A DNA stretch of 64,000 bases from Polyangiaceae bacterium (lineage in GTDB: Bacteria; Myxococcota_A; Polyangia; Polyangiales; Polyangiaceae): assembly GCA_044222475.1 (NCBI GenBank), contig JBGANF010000006.1, forward strand, positions 1 through 64,000, written 5' to 3'. The position numbers were made by a program, and so were the translations under genes. Position 1 is the first letter of the stretch. Every line of letters begins with the position of its first letter. The notes under the pieces were generated by a model. It was not told the origin of the DNA. It made no database searches and saw only the letters and a list, made by a program, of their open reading frames with translations. Below, in pieces: positions 18,844 to 28,428 of the stretch.

Positions 18844-20313
18844 TCAGCGGACGCCGCTCGGCGCGAACGGCAGGATCGTCTTCAGATCGTCGTCGGTGAA
18901 ACGGAGCTGCAAGCCGACGAAGTAGTCACGCAGGCCGGGGACGAAGACGTTGTCGACGCCGCCCAGGAGCCACAGTCGGTTCACGAACTGGTAGCTCACG
19001 AAGCCACGGTATCGCGGCACGGCTTGCTCGCCAAACCCGAAGAGGTCGTTCTGGATCTCGAACCGGTCGTTGAAGAGGATGATGTCGAACCCGACGCCGC
19101 CGGTCGACTCGATGATGCCGAAGCGCCCGCGGAACGGTCCGAGCTGCCGGGCGATCTGGACGCTGAAGCGGAACGCGTCGGTCGTCGTCGTGGTGAGGGT
19201 GCGGTAGCGAGCCGGCTCGTTCGGGTTCGTCGTCTCGACGTCGACCTGGGAGAAGCTCGTCTTGCCGCGCGGGTCGTTGATGAGCTGGATCATGTAGAAC
19301 TTGTCTTCGCGCGGCTGAAGCCGCAGCTCGAAGTAGTTCTTCAGCGTGTTCGCGAGGAAGTTGTAGTCCGAGCGCAGGCCGACGATCGTCTGCAGGCGGC
19401 TGATCGGCTCGACGATGTTGTTGATGCCCTCGGCGACGCCTTGGACCTCGTTGATGAGCGTCTCGTCCTTGGAGAGGCGCCCGAGCGTGCCTTCGCCCTT
19501 GTCGAGCCGGTCGGCCACGTGGTCGATGTGGGCGAGCGCGCTCTCGAGCGTCTGCGACGACTTGTCGAGGTGGTCGATCGTGTCCTTGATCTCGGCGCCG
19601 GTGCCGTCACCGCGGCCGTTGATCGCGGCGGTGAGCGCCTTCACGTCGTCGGTGATGGCGCGGAGGTTCTCGGTGATCTTCTGGATCGGTATCTCGTTCT
19701 GGGCGGTGATGCGATCGATGCGCTCGAGGGTCGCCTTGATGGTCTCGCGGTTCTCGCGCACGGTCTTGTTGAGCGCGTCGGTCGCGTCGGCGAGGTTCTG
19801 CAGGATGAGGCGGATGTTCTGGCCGCCCTGGTCGGTGCCCACCGAGGCCGCGAGCTGCTTGGCGACCTCCTTCACGAGCTTGGCGATCTCGCCGACGTCC
19901 TTCTTGATGTCGTCGATGTTGCCTTCCTCGTGCATCACCTGGATCTCGTCGCCGTCCTTGAGGTGCGGCTCCTTCGTTCCGGGCGTGAGGACGATGACGT
20001 ACTCGCCGAGGAGGGACGACGACTTGCGGCCGAGCGTTCCGTCCTTCCAGAGGTCGACGTCCTTGTTCACGCGGACGTCGACGCGGGCTTTGCCGTTCTC
20101 GAGGCGGATCGACTCGATGGTTCCGACCGGAATGCCGGCGATCGTCACGCGGGAGTGGCTCGCGAGCCCGCTCGCGTCGTCGAGGTAGGCGTGCACCACG
20201 TAGCCGTTGCTGCCGCCGTAGTCCTTGGACACCGTGCGGTACACGGCCCAGCCCGCGATCGCGGTCACGAGCGCAAATGCGCCCACTTTCGCGGCCTGCG
20301 TGACCTTCGCCAT
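18844..20313 (-). CDS. MlaD/MCE-family protein
   Basis: N-terminal TM anchor, DASGL...V.IAGIPVG.I..I.L and SLLGEY, followed by a long helical region and a beta-rich C-terminus. Confidence 0.9.
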   Translation of the reverse strand: MAKVTQAAKVGAFALVTAIAGWAVYRTVSKDYGGSNGYVVHAYLDDASGLASHSRVTIAGIPVGTIESIRLENGKARVDVRVNKDVDLWKDGTLGRKSSSLLGEYVIVLTPGTKEPHLKDGDEIQVMHEEGNIDDIKKDVGEIAKLVKEVAKQLAASVGTDQGGQNIRLILQNLADATDALNKTVRENRETIKATLERIDRITAQNEIPIQKITENLRAITDDVKALTAAINGRGDGTGAEIKDTIDHLDKSSQTLESALAHIDHVADRLDKGEGTLGRLSKDETLINEVQGVAEGINNIVEPISRLQTIVGLRSDYNFLANTLKNYFELRLQPREDKFYMIQLINDPRGKTSFSQVDVETTNPNEPARYRTLTTTTTDAFRFSVQIARQLGPFRGRFGIIESTGGVGFDIILFNDRFEIQNDLFGFGEQAVPRYRGFVSYQFVNRLWLLGGVDNVFVPGLRDYFVGLQLRFTDDDLKTILPFAPSGVR

Positions 20314-20377
20314 CCCGAATACTAGCGTACTAGGGACGGGACTTTTGTACAGGGGTCCGCGATTTCGGGCCCGATCT

Positions 20378-22273
20378 TCAGCGCTTCAGGTCGAGACCGC
20401 CCGGGTACCAGTAGCTCGTGTAGCTGCCGTACCCGTACACCTGGATTCCGAACGGGAGCGAGCCGGTCGCGGTGTGGTTGCTCGCGAAGCTGCCGCAGTT
20501 GCCGTTGCAGATTTGGTAGTACGCGAACCGGTAGCCGCTCGCGCCGATGTTGGTCCAGCCGCCGACGGGAGTCGCGTCGATGGTGACGGTTCCCGCGACG
20601 GGCGCGATCACGGTGGCCCAGTTGATCTGGTAGTTGTTCGGCGCGGTGAACGCGTAGCTCGTGCGGAACTGCGCTGTCGCGACGGCGAGGCTCATCGCCG
20701 GGTCGCCGGAGAGGACGCCGCCACCGAAGTTCTGTGCGCCCTCCATGTAGGTCGCGATCATGATCGGGTGGTTCGCGTTCGCCGAGACCTTGAACGGGGT
20801 CGTCGTCTCGAACACGCCCACCTGACCCGCGCCGAGCGATGCGGGCGCTCCCGCGACGGCGGGGTCGTAGGTGAGCGTCGTGCCGGCGGTCGTGCCGATG
20901 ATGCGGACGTAGTGCTTCGGTGTGTACCCGGTCACGTTCGGGGGGATCACGAAGTAGTCCGTGCGGAGGGTCTCGGTCGGGAACATCACCTCTTCGAGGT
21001 GGTCGCACGCGGCCTGCGACGCCGGAACGTAGACGCAGGCGTGTCCGCCGAAGACCTCGACCGGCGCGTTCGCGGTGACGGTGCTGCCGCTCATGTCGGT
21101 ACCCCACGACACCGAGCCGGGCACGGGGTTCGTCACCTGGACGACGTCGCCGCGGTTCATCGTGATGGTTCCGCCGTTCGCAGCGTAGCCGCCGCCTGCG
21201 GCGATGTTCGTGGACGGGGCGAGCGTCACCGACGTGTTGTCCTGGGTCGCGACGATGTCGATCAAGCCTGGCCAGAGGTAGAACGACGGGTGCGACGCGA
21301 CGTAGTAGTTGCCGGTCATCGCGTTGACCGGAAGGAGGAGCGACGCGTCGTTCGTGTACGAGAACTGACCGCTCTTCGTGTAGTCGCGCGCGTTGAACTG
21401 GTAGACGGTGACCGGCTGCGTGCTCCGAATGCGGTACGCGCCGCCGTTCACGCGGGCCGTGGTCGGGGTCGTCGGCTGGCCGCCGTTGCACGGTCCGACG
21501 CCGCAGCTCAGGCTCGGCACCCAGGGAAGCGTCACCTCGACGATCGCGCCGGAGGCGACGCCGTAGCTCGAGTTGAAGTTGCCCGGCCCGGTGATCGTGA
21601 CCGTGGCTGCTTGCGGCCCGGTGTTCGAGATCGAAACCGAGAAGTTGAACAGCGTCTGGTTGAGGAGGTGGTTGAGCGACGTGACGGCGTAGTACTCGCA
21701 GCCGATGTAGCTCTGGCCGATGTTGGCGCACGAGCCGCTGCACACGCCCCCGTTGCAGGTCAGACCGAGCAGCGGATCGCAGTCGTTCTGCACGAAGCCG
21801 GTGCCGTCGCTCTTGCAGAGCGTGCCGGTGTTTCCGTTGCACGACCCGGTGCCCGGCATGCAGGTGACGCAGCCGAAGCCGTTCGCGCAGAGCTTGTTCT
21901 GCAGCGCGCAGTTCGTCTGGGTGAGCGTCCCGTTGTTGCAGGTGTTCGCGATCGCGCCGTTGCAGCTGATGCCGTTCGGCGAACACCCGCCGCCGTCCAC
22001 CGCCGCATCGCCGCCGCTGCTCGAGTCGGGGACGGTGAACGAGTCGGGGAAGCCGATGTCGAGCGTGGCGTCGAGCTCGGGCGGCGGCACGGTGCCGTCG
22101 GTCGTGGTGGTGGAGTCGGAGCCGGAGTCTTTTTTGGTCGTCGCGTCGTTGCCCGTCGTGACGTCGCTCGTACCGGCGTCGTCGTCCGGCACCGTCACGC
22201 CGTCACCGCCTCCGCAGGCCGTGAGCGCGAGCAGGCCCACCGATAGAACTAGCCCCAGCCGCGGGATGGACAT
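20378..22273 (-). CDS. IgGFc-binding-domain lipoprotein with a Cys-rich N-terminus
   Basis: Lipobox LTAC, SYIGCEYYAV, PVTVYQFN, TNDASLLLP, CDHLEE and GDPAM. Confidence 0.85.
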   Translation of the reverse strand: MSIPRLGLVLSVGLLALTACGGGDGVTVPDDDAGTSDVTTGNDATTKKDSGSDSTTTTDGTVPPPELDATLDIGFPDSFTVPDSSSGGDAAVDGGGCSPNGISCNGAIANTCNNGTLTQTNCALQNKLCANGFGCVTCMPGTGSCNGNTGTLCKSDGTGFVQNDCDPLLGLTCNGGVCSGSCANIGQSYIGCEYYAVTSLNHLLNQTLFNFSVSISNTGPQAATVTITGPGNFNSSYGVASGAIVEVTLPWVPSLSCGVGPCNGGQPTTPTTARVNGGAYRIRSTQPVTVYQFNARDYTKSGQFSYTNDASLLLPVNAMTGNYYVASHPSFYLWPGLIDIVATQDNTSVTLAPSTNIAAGGGYAANGGTITMNRGDVVQVTNPVPGSVSWGTDMSGSTVTANAPVEVFGGHACVYVPASQAACDHLEEVMFPTETLRTDYFVIPPNVTGYTPKHYVRIIGTTAGTTLTYDPAVAGAPASLGAGQVGVFETTTPFKVSANANHPIMIATYMEGAQNFGGGVLSGDPAMSLAVATAQFRTSYAFTAPNNYQINWATVIAPVAGTVTIDATPVGGWTNIGASGYRFAYYQICNGNCGSFASNHTATGSLPFGIQVYGYGSYTSYWYPGGLDLKR

Positions 22274-22366
22274 TGGCGCACGCCTCCATCTGGAAAGATC
22301 GCACCAAACCGGAATTCGGCCAACGGGAAGAAATTGCCTACATTGGAGCCACGGCGGCCATCGCGA

Positions 22367-23833
22367 TCAGTGCGGGTCTTCGAAGAACGACTCGCCCGCA
22401 TCGGGGTCGTCCGCGCCCGCGCCGCCGTCGTCGTCGTCCGTCGCGGGGAGCGCGATCGCGTCGAGCTCGTCGTCCAGGTCCGACGTTCGTTCGTCGAACG
22501 CGGCCCGATCCTTCGGGGGAATGACGCGGACGCCGTCGAGCTTCATGATCATCGGATCGAGGAAGACGTCGCCGCGCTTCACCGCGAAGTGGAGGTGAGG
22601 CCCGGTCGCGCGCCCCGTCTGGCCGACGTAGCCGACGAGCTGCCGGGTCTCGACGTGGTCGCCGGCGTGCAATCCGGCGAAGCGCGAGAGGTGGCAGTAC
22701 GCGCTGGTCAGGCCGTTCGGGTGGTCGATCTGGACCATGTTGCCGCACGGCCCGCCGTCGCCGGCGCTCTTCACGACGCCCGCGGCGGCTGCGTAGACCG
22801 GAGTCCCCGAGGGCGCGGCGAAGTCGACGCCGTTGTGCGGCATCACGACGTGCAGCACGGGGTGCATGCGGTACGGATTGAAGCGCGACGAGATGCGCGC
22901 CATCGGAACGGGTGACCGCCACCCGCCGTGGTACGGCTGTCGGCCCTTCTCGTCGTAGTAGCCGCCCTTGTGCTCGGTGCCGTCCTTCGGATCTTTCGTC
23001 GAGCCCTTCTCCCAGTAGTAGACGCGGATCGACGGGCGCCCGACGGGCACGTACTCGACCGCGTCGATCGACGCGTAGTCGACGAGGAGGCCCTCGATGC
23101 GCTCTTCGGTGGCGATGACGCGCAACCGAACGCCCGGCTTCAGATCGGAGAGCTCGGCGCGCCCGTCGAGCGCGTCGTCGAGGAGGTCGAGGAGAGGCGC
23201 CTCGAACGGGGAGCCTTCGAGCGAGCTGCGGACGTCGGAGCGCACGAGGAGCGCACCGCTCACCGAGCGACGCTCGACGACGAGCTCGAGCTTCTTCGCG
23301 TCGAGCTTGCCGGCGTCGTCTTCGCGCGCTTGCCACACGTCGGAGATGGTCTGCTCGAGCTCGAACGCGACCACGTGGCCGTCGCTCCGGTCGCGCGCGA
23401 CGACGAGCTTGTGCCGCGCTTTGACCCGATCGAGGCTCTTGGGTGGCATCGCCGGCTCGAGCGCGCGGAGGATGCGTTGGGACTCCTTGCCGGACACCCC
23501 GAGACCTTGGAGCGCACCGAGGAAGGTCTTCTTTCCGACCACGCCCTCGAGCAGCTCGACCCGAGAGTCCGACGCGAGGTCGGCGACGCGCCACGTGTGG
23601 GGCCGGGGCGCGGCATCCACCGGTGCGTCGGTGCCGGCGTCGGCGATTTCCGCGGTGGCCGTGCTGCCGGCGTCGTCGTGGGTCACCGGCGCGAGCGCGG
23701 TCGTCCTCGCCTCTGCGCGGCGAGCCATCCAGATGAACGGGCCGGTGACGACGGCGATCCCGGCCGCGCCGAAGGCGAGCGCCAGGAGGGCGGCTCGCGC
23801 GGGGGTACTTCGCGGGGCGTCGTCGTTCTCCAC
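22367..23833 (-). CDS. M23-family peptidoglycan endopeptidase
   Basis: HNGVDFAAP..GTPV, Y.HLS and TGRATGPHLHF, with an N-terminal TM segment. Confidence 0.93.
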   Translation of the reverse strand: MENDDAPRSTPARAALLALAFGAAGIAVVTGPFIWMARRAEARTTALAPVTHDDAGSTATAEIADAGTDAPVDAAPRPHTWRVADLASDSRVELLEGVVGKKTFLGALQGLGVSGKESQRILRALEPAMPPKSLDRVKARHKLVVARDRSDGHVVAFELEQTISDVWQAREDDAGKLDAKKLELVVERRSVSGALLVRSDVRSSLEGSPFEAPLLDLLDDALDGRAELSDLKPGVRLRVIATEERIEGLLVDYASIDAVEYVPVGRPSIRVYYWEKGSTKDPKDGTEHKGGYYDEKGRQPYHGGWRSPVPMARISSRFNPYRMHPVLHVVMPHNGVDFAAPSGTPVYAAAAGVVKSAGDGGPCGNMVQIDHPNGLTSAYCHLSRFAGLHAGDHVETRQLVGYVGQTGRATGPHLHFAVKRGDVFLDPMIMKLDGVRVIPPKDRAAFDERTSDLDDELDAIALPATDDDDGGAGADDPDAGESFFEDPH

Positions 23834-23925
23834 GGGCGCGTACGATGCCTCCTCCCCGCCGTGAGCGCGAGGTGAATTTTCTGCCGCCAGGAGAGGGACT
23901 TTGGTAGGGTCGCGGCGGCTTACCC

Positions 23926-24648
23926 ATGGACGAGCGCCTCAAAGAAAGGCTTCTTCTCGGCCGCGAGCACTACGCGAAGCGCGAGTACGACAAGGCCGAA
24001 CAGCTGCTGCGCGAGGTCCTCGAGCAGGACGATCGGTTCGCCGACGTCCACGACATGCTCGGCGTGATCGCTCACGCCCGCGGCAACTTTCTCCAGGCGG
24101 AGCACCACTTCGAGCGCGCGCTCGCGATCAACCCCGGGTACACCGAGGCGGCGTTGAACCTCGCGGTCACCTACAACGATCGCGGCAAGTACGAGTCGGC
24201 GCGCGAGGTCTACACCCGCATCAAGGGCAAGCCGACCGGCACGCTCTCGGCGATCGATCCGTTCGCCCGCGGCAAGCTCGCCAACATGCACGCCGACCTG
24301 GCGACGGCGTACGCCGATCTCGGTCTCGCGCGCGAGGCGATCGTCGAGCTCGAGAAGGCCGTGCTGCTGTGCCCGCAGTTCGCCGATCTCCGCACGCGAC
24401 TCGGCAACCTCCTCCGTGAGGCGAAGGATCTCGAGCGAGCGCGCGAGCACTTCGACGCGGCGGTCGCCGCGCGGCCGAACTACGTGCCGGCCCGTGTTCA
24501 GCTCGGCGTGACGCTGCTCTCGCTCGGCGAGCTCGGCGGAGCGGAGGAGCAGTGGAGAAAAGTCCTCGAGATCGAGCCGGACAACACGCAGGCGAAGATG
24601 TATCTGCGAGTCCTCGCGAGCGAGCGGTCGAAGAGCGAGCGTCCCTGA
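23926..24648 (+). CDS. Tetratricopeptide repeat protein
   Basis: Repeated LG......G....A...F..AL...P motifs. Confidence 0.88.
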   Translation: MDERLKERLLLGREHYAKREYDKAEQLLREVLEQDDRFADVHDMLGVIAHARGNFLQAEHHFERALAINPGYTEAALNLAVTYNDRGKYESAREVYTRIKGKPTGTLSAIDPFARGKLANMHADLATAYADLGLAREAIVELEKAVLLCPQFADLRTRLGNLLREAKDLERAREHFDAAVAARPNYVPARVQLGVTLLSLGELGGAEEQWRKVLEIEPDNTQAKMYLRVLASERSKSERP

Positions 24649-25130
24649 GCGGGGAGAGCCACGAGACGAACGGGAAGGCTCGTCGTCGCGCGATCGTCGG
24701 GAAGCTTCGCGACGCGTGGAAGCGGCTTCGAGGCGGGGAGATCACGCCGTGGCGGGCGGCGGCGAGCGTCGCGGTGGGTCTGCTGATCGGAGTGACGCCG
24801 CTGTACGGGTTCCACCTGATCCTCGTGGTGGCGGTGTGTCTGCCGCTTCGTCTCGACGCGCCGGTGGCGTACCTGGCGGCGAACATCTCGAACCCGTTCA
24901 TCGCGCCGTTTCTGTCGTTCACCGAGATCGAGATCGGGTCGTTTCTGCGGACCGGACACGCGAGCGACATTTCGATGGCGACGATCCGATCGGGAGGGAT
25001 CGGACCGTACGTTCGCGACGTGATCGTGGGGACGCTGGTGTTCGCGCCGGCGTTGGCGGTGGTGGGAGGAGCGCTGACGTGGGCCGGCGTGACGATCGTG
25101 AGGAAGCTCCGCGGAGCAAAAGCGGCGTGA
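24645..25130 (+). CDS. DUF2062-like membrane protein
   Basis: TP.RAAASVAVGLLIGVTPLYG and ANISNPF. Probable CTG start overlapping the upstream TGA (CTGA at 24645-24648); start uncertain. Confidence 0.8.
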   Translation: MSGESHETNGKARRRAIVGKLRDAWKRLRGGEITPWRAAASVAVGLLIGVTPLYGFHLILVVAVCLPLRLDAPVAYLAANISNPFIAPFLSFTEIEIGSFLRTGHASDISMATIRSGGIGPYVRDVIVGTLVFAPALAVVGGALTWAGVTIVRKLRGAKAA

Positions 25131-25224
25131 CCGAGGCCGAATCGGAAGCGGACGCGGACACGGATACGGAATCGGATACGGACTCGGACGCGGAATCGGA
25201 TACGGACTCGGACACAGGCACGGA
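25131..25224. repeat. Degenerate hexanucleotide tandem repeat (CGGANN)n
   Basis: cggaag cggacg cggaca cggata cggaat cggata cggact cggacg cggaat cggata cggact cggaca... Confidence 0.85.
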
Positions 25225-25284
25225 GATGAGAGAGAGAAGCGGAGAGGGGAATTTGGTGCCCCCGCTCATTTCTTCGATGTAGCT

Positions 25285-25500
25285 CACAGCCGTGCCCGGC
25301 CACGTGCTCAGATTTCGCCGCGCACCCGTTTGATCACGGTCCCAAACTGGGATGACCACGGCGCGGCGAAATCTTGCGCGCGTGGGCCTGCGCGCGGCTG
25401 TGCGACCCCCAAACTTGCGCCGCAGGAGCGGCGCAAGCGGGGGTCGCGATACCAGGTGCCGTGATGGCCTCCCCGGCACTCGTGATCGTCGCTGGGGAGG
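25285..25500 (+). ncRNA. Hairpin-dense non-coding region (candidate structured RNA)
   Basis: A perfect 14-bp stem (25310-25323/25361-25374) extends outward with G-U pairs. A second hairpin spans 25402-25447. A third is cctccccggc/gctggggagg at about 25469-25500. Confidence 0.45.
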
Positions 25501-25642
25501 GGACGGTGTCAACTTTGACAACCTTTCTCGCGATCGTCGCGGCTTACTCGATGGGATCGCTCACGAAGGTGCCACGTCCACATTGCGCTCTCCGGCGCTC
25601 GGGACGGACCGTGCGAACGGCTCGACGCTCGCGATCCATCGA

Positions 25643-25798
25643 CTCCTTTGGCTCGCGCCACCGCGGCGCGTCTTCGCGAAGCGAGAAAGTCGTGCCGCGG
25701 GTCCATGGCATCCGACGCGAAGTACGCGGCCGTCGGGGCCGCGTCACGCCTTTCTCGCGGGGCGCTTCAACGCGCCGCGGTGGCGCGAGCCAAAGGAG
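25643..25798. repeat. Long inverted repeat that contains the RBS of the DUF559 gene
   Basis: Perfect 29-bp arms at 25643-25671 and 25770-25798, an 18/20 inner stem, and ccgacg/cgtcgg. The right arm ends in AAAGGAG, 7 nt before ATG 25806. Confidence 0.9.
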
Positions 25799-25805
25799 CC
25801 TCGTC

Positions 25806-26201
25806 ATGCCTCGTTCACGTCTCGCCGTTCCTCTCACCCACTACCGTCGCAATCACCAGCTCCAGCACGCTCTCGAAATGCGTCGCGTTCCGACTCCGTC
25901 GGAAGCGGCGCTGTGGGCCGTTCTCAGTCATCGCGATGCTCTCGGCTTTCGCACCAAGAGGCAGATGGTCGTCGGTCCGTACATCACGGATTTCGTGGTC
26001 CCGTCCGTGCGGCTCGTCGTCGAAGTCGACGGCTCGGCGCATCACGGCCGGGAGCTCGCGGATGAGCGGCGGCAGGCTGACCTGGAGCTTCTCGGTTGCT
26101 CCGTCTTCCGCGTCACGGCGGGGGAGGTGATGCGCAGTCCGGTGCACGTCGCGCAGCGCGTTGCGGCGGAGGTCGCTCGGCTGCGGGCGCGCGGCGCATA
26201 G
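25806..26201 (+). CDS. DUF559 (Vsr-like) endonuclease
   Basis: MRR.PTPSEAALW..L, RQ..VGPYITDF, LVVEVDGSAH and D.RR...LE..G..VFR. Confidence 0.9.
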   Translation: MPRSRLAVPLTHYRRNHQLQHALEMRRVPTPSEAALWAVLSHRDALGFRTKRQMVVGPYITDFVVPSVRLVVEVDGSAHHGRELADERRQADLELLGCSVFRVTAGEVMRSPVHVAQRVAAEVARLRARGA

Positions 26202-26209
26202 TCGCAAGA

Positions 26210-26236
26210 GAGCAGGGCGCCTCTGGCGCCCTGCTC
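26210..26236. terminator. GC-rich hairpin just downstream of the DUF559 gene
   Basis: gagcagggcgcc-tct-ggcgccctgctc (12-bp stem). No U-tract. Confidence 0.5.
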
Positions 26237-26266
26237 GTCGATTCGTCGTGGCATAGCCTATGGTGC

Positions 26267-26482
26267 ATGGATTGGACGCTCATCGGTGCACGCGCCGAGT
26301 ACCAGCGATCGCACGCCGCCGACGCCGAAGCGGCGCGCGAGCAGGAGCGCGTCCGCCGCGAACGCGAGGCAGCAAGCAAGAAGAGCGAGACGACGCGGCC
26401 GAGTCGGAAGAGCACCCCGCCGACCCTTTGGCTTGACTTCGAGGTGGACGCGGCCCAGCATCCTTGCGGCGGGCGATTGTAG
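26267..26482 (+). CDS. Small hypothetical protein
   Basis: MDWTLIGARAEYQR... (71 aa). A TAGCCT -10-like hexamer lies 7 nt upstream. Confidence 0.4.
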   Translation: MDWTLIGARAEYQRSHAADAEAAREQERVRREREAASKKSETTRPSRKSTPPTLWLDFEVDAAQHPCGGRL

Positions 26483-26515
26483 CGATCCTATTTGCGCGGA
26501 CGGGGGGATGGGCGA

Positions 26516-28078
26516 ATGATGAACCTTGTACGCGTCGCCGGGGTCGGTGCCTTCTGCGCGCTGCTCGCAATCGGGTCCGGTTGCAGCTCAGGCGAAAGGG
26601 TGACCCAAAGTCGTGCCGCGCTCGAGACCGTCATGACGGGCGGATCTTCGCCCACCAGTGCAGGCACCCAAGATGAGACGGCCATCGCCGTCGTCAACTT
26701 CGAGAGCCATCGGCGGGTCGTTTCCACCTACAACGATTCAACGTATCAAGATCAAATCAAGTTCGGCACCGAAGACCGCTTCATCTACCCTGGTGCGACG
26801 CTCGCCGGAACATCCACATCGGATGACGATGGTGCGTCCTGGGACTACCGAGGGCGAGTCACTCCACCGAGCGGCTGGCCCGTGCTTTGGGGCGACCCTG
26901 CCATCATCACCTCACGCACCGACCAGAGTCTCGTCTTCATTTCATCGCTCGCCGTGCCCGACTCCAAATTCCCGACCTCGTGCCCGGACGGCGGTGCGCC
27001 CTGCATCAGCGGCTCGATGGTTACCGTTCTCAATCAATCTCCCTATCTAGGGGGCGGCTGCATTCTGCGATCGGTCGACGCGGGAAGCACTTTCACTGCA
27101 AACCCCAATGACTGTTTGCATGTGTCGCATCACTTCTACGACGGCGGCAGCATGGCTGCTGACAACGAGGGAAATGTCTACGCGGCATGGAATGATGTCG
27201 TCGACTCGGCCGTCGACGTTTGGCGACTGAAGGCTGGAGAAAGCACGTTCCAACGACTGGACCGGCCCTTCGCGACCTTCGGGGTAGTGAGCCATCCTCG
27301 CCTCCGCTACGATGTCGTGACGCAACGCATCTACGTGATGGCTCAGGCCAACGCGGTTCCCGTCGAGGGAAGCGCGGGCGACTACACGACCGATCTCCTT
27401 CTCGACTGGCTAGAAGAGACGAAGTGGTCGGGAGCGATTCGCGTCACCCAGAATGCGCTTCTCTATCCCACGATCCGATTTACGAACAATCTCGCAGATC
27501 CGTTTGCGCGGACTGGTCCTCAATTCTCGTTCGATGTGGGCGATCCGAGCGTCAACAACGACGATGACATCCGGGTGGCGTTCACGGCTCGCAGGTCGGA
27601 CGGCCGCCGATACGTCGGGGTCAGCCGTTGCCCGCGCTCGCCAATCGATGTGACGGCATCTGGAAGCGGCAAGTGCGTCGTTGCCGACGAATGGAGCACT
27701 GCCTACCAAGCGGGGCAGCAGTGGAATCCGATCGTTCGAACCCAGCTCGGATTCATCGGCGTGCCAACCGATTGGAGGCTGAGCTTCACGTCCACGACCG
27801 ACGAAACCTCTCCACTCCAGGTCAACTGGCGCCATTGCCCACTCGCCGTCATCGGGAGCGGCACTCGCGTTTGCGTCCAATTCTCGATCGGCGCACACAG
27901 GCAGATCTGCCCCGATCTACGCGGCCAGATGGGCGACTACGACGACATGCAAGTCCTGAGTATCTCACAAAGCGGACAGTCGACATTCATTCGCGCACAT
28001 TCCCACTCCGAACCCGCATGCAGCTTCCGATGGCAATACACCTCCGACCCGCTCCATCTTCAGTCCGCTACGTTCTAG
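26516..28078 (+). CDS. Secreted or lipoprotein with sialidase/BNR-like Asp-boxes
   Basis: Signal/lipobox ...IGSGC, ETAIAV, S.D.G.SW and RSVDAGSTF Asp-boxes, WGDP, and C-terminal GDYDDM. Codon usage is visibly lower in GC. Confidence 0.8.
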   Translation: MMNLVRVAGVGAFCALLAIGSGCSSGERVTQSRAALETVMTGGSSPTSAGTQDETAIAVVNFESHRRVVSTYNDSTYQDQIKFGTEDRFIYPGATLAGTSTSDDDGASWDYRGRVTPPSGWPVLWGDPAIITSRTDQSLVFISSLAVPDSKFPTSCPDGGAPCISGSMVTVLNQSPYLGGGCILRSVDAGSTFTANPNDCLHVSHHFYDGGSMAADNEGNVYAAWNDVVDSAVDVWRLKAGESTFQRLDRPFATFGVVSHPRLRYDVVTQRIYVMAQANAVPVEGSAGDYTTDLLLDWLEETKWSGAIRVTQNALLYPTIRFTNNLADPFARTGPQFSFDVGDPSVNNDDDIRVAFTARRSDGRRYVGVSRCPRSPIDVTASGSGKCVVADEWSTAYQAGQQWNPIVRTQLGFIGVPTDWRLSFTSTTDETSPLQVNWRHCPLAVIGSGTRVCVQFSIGAHRQICPDLRGQMGDYDDMQVLSISQSGQSTFIRAHSHSEPACSFRWQYTSDPLHLQSATF

Positions 28079-28428
28079 CGCGGCTGCCAGTTGGCGTTGC
28101 GTTCCTCGTGGTGGGCTGTGGCCAGACGGTCGACCCCGTCGACGCTAGCCTCATCACCGACGCAGCAAGCGAGCGACTCGATGCAGTCATCGAGACCTCG
28201 CAGGACGTTCAGGTCGACCGTCGGACGCCATGTGGCGACGCTCCAGAATTTGGGCTGTTCGCCTGCTGCGACTCGGGAGCGTGTCGTGGGGGCTGCTACG
28301 CCGACGACGCCCACGCGGAAGACTGCAATTGCGCTCAGATTTGGGGCGGATGTAAGGCACCTTACGTTTGTTGTGCCGGATACGGCTGCAAGACCGAGGA
28401 TGAGTGCCGGGCGTCGGGTGGACCGTGA
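28030..28428 (+). CDS. Small Cys-rich lipoprotein, paralog A (start uncertain)
   Basis: Lipobox LVVGC and the pattern CC..CRG.C...C.C..I..GC...VCC...GC..E..C. Confidence 0.7.
   Translation: MAIHLRPAPSSVRYVLARLPVGVAFLVVGCGQTVDPVDASLITDAASERLDAVIETSQDVQVDRRTPCGDAPEFGLFACCDSGACRGGCYADDAHAEDCNCAQIWGGCKAPYVCCAGYGCKTEDECRASGGP

Noticed and set aside
25127..25282. Acidic mini-ORF (MTEAESEADADTDTESD...) coupled to the DUF2062 stop
   Set aside because: It is explained by translation of the (CGGANN)n repeat and has no independent coding evidence.
25131..25800. Possible CRISPR array
   Set aside because: There are no identical direct repeats with unique spacers and no cas genes, only hexamer tracts and inverted repeats.
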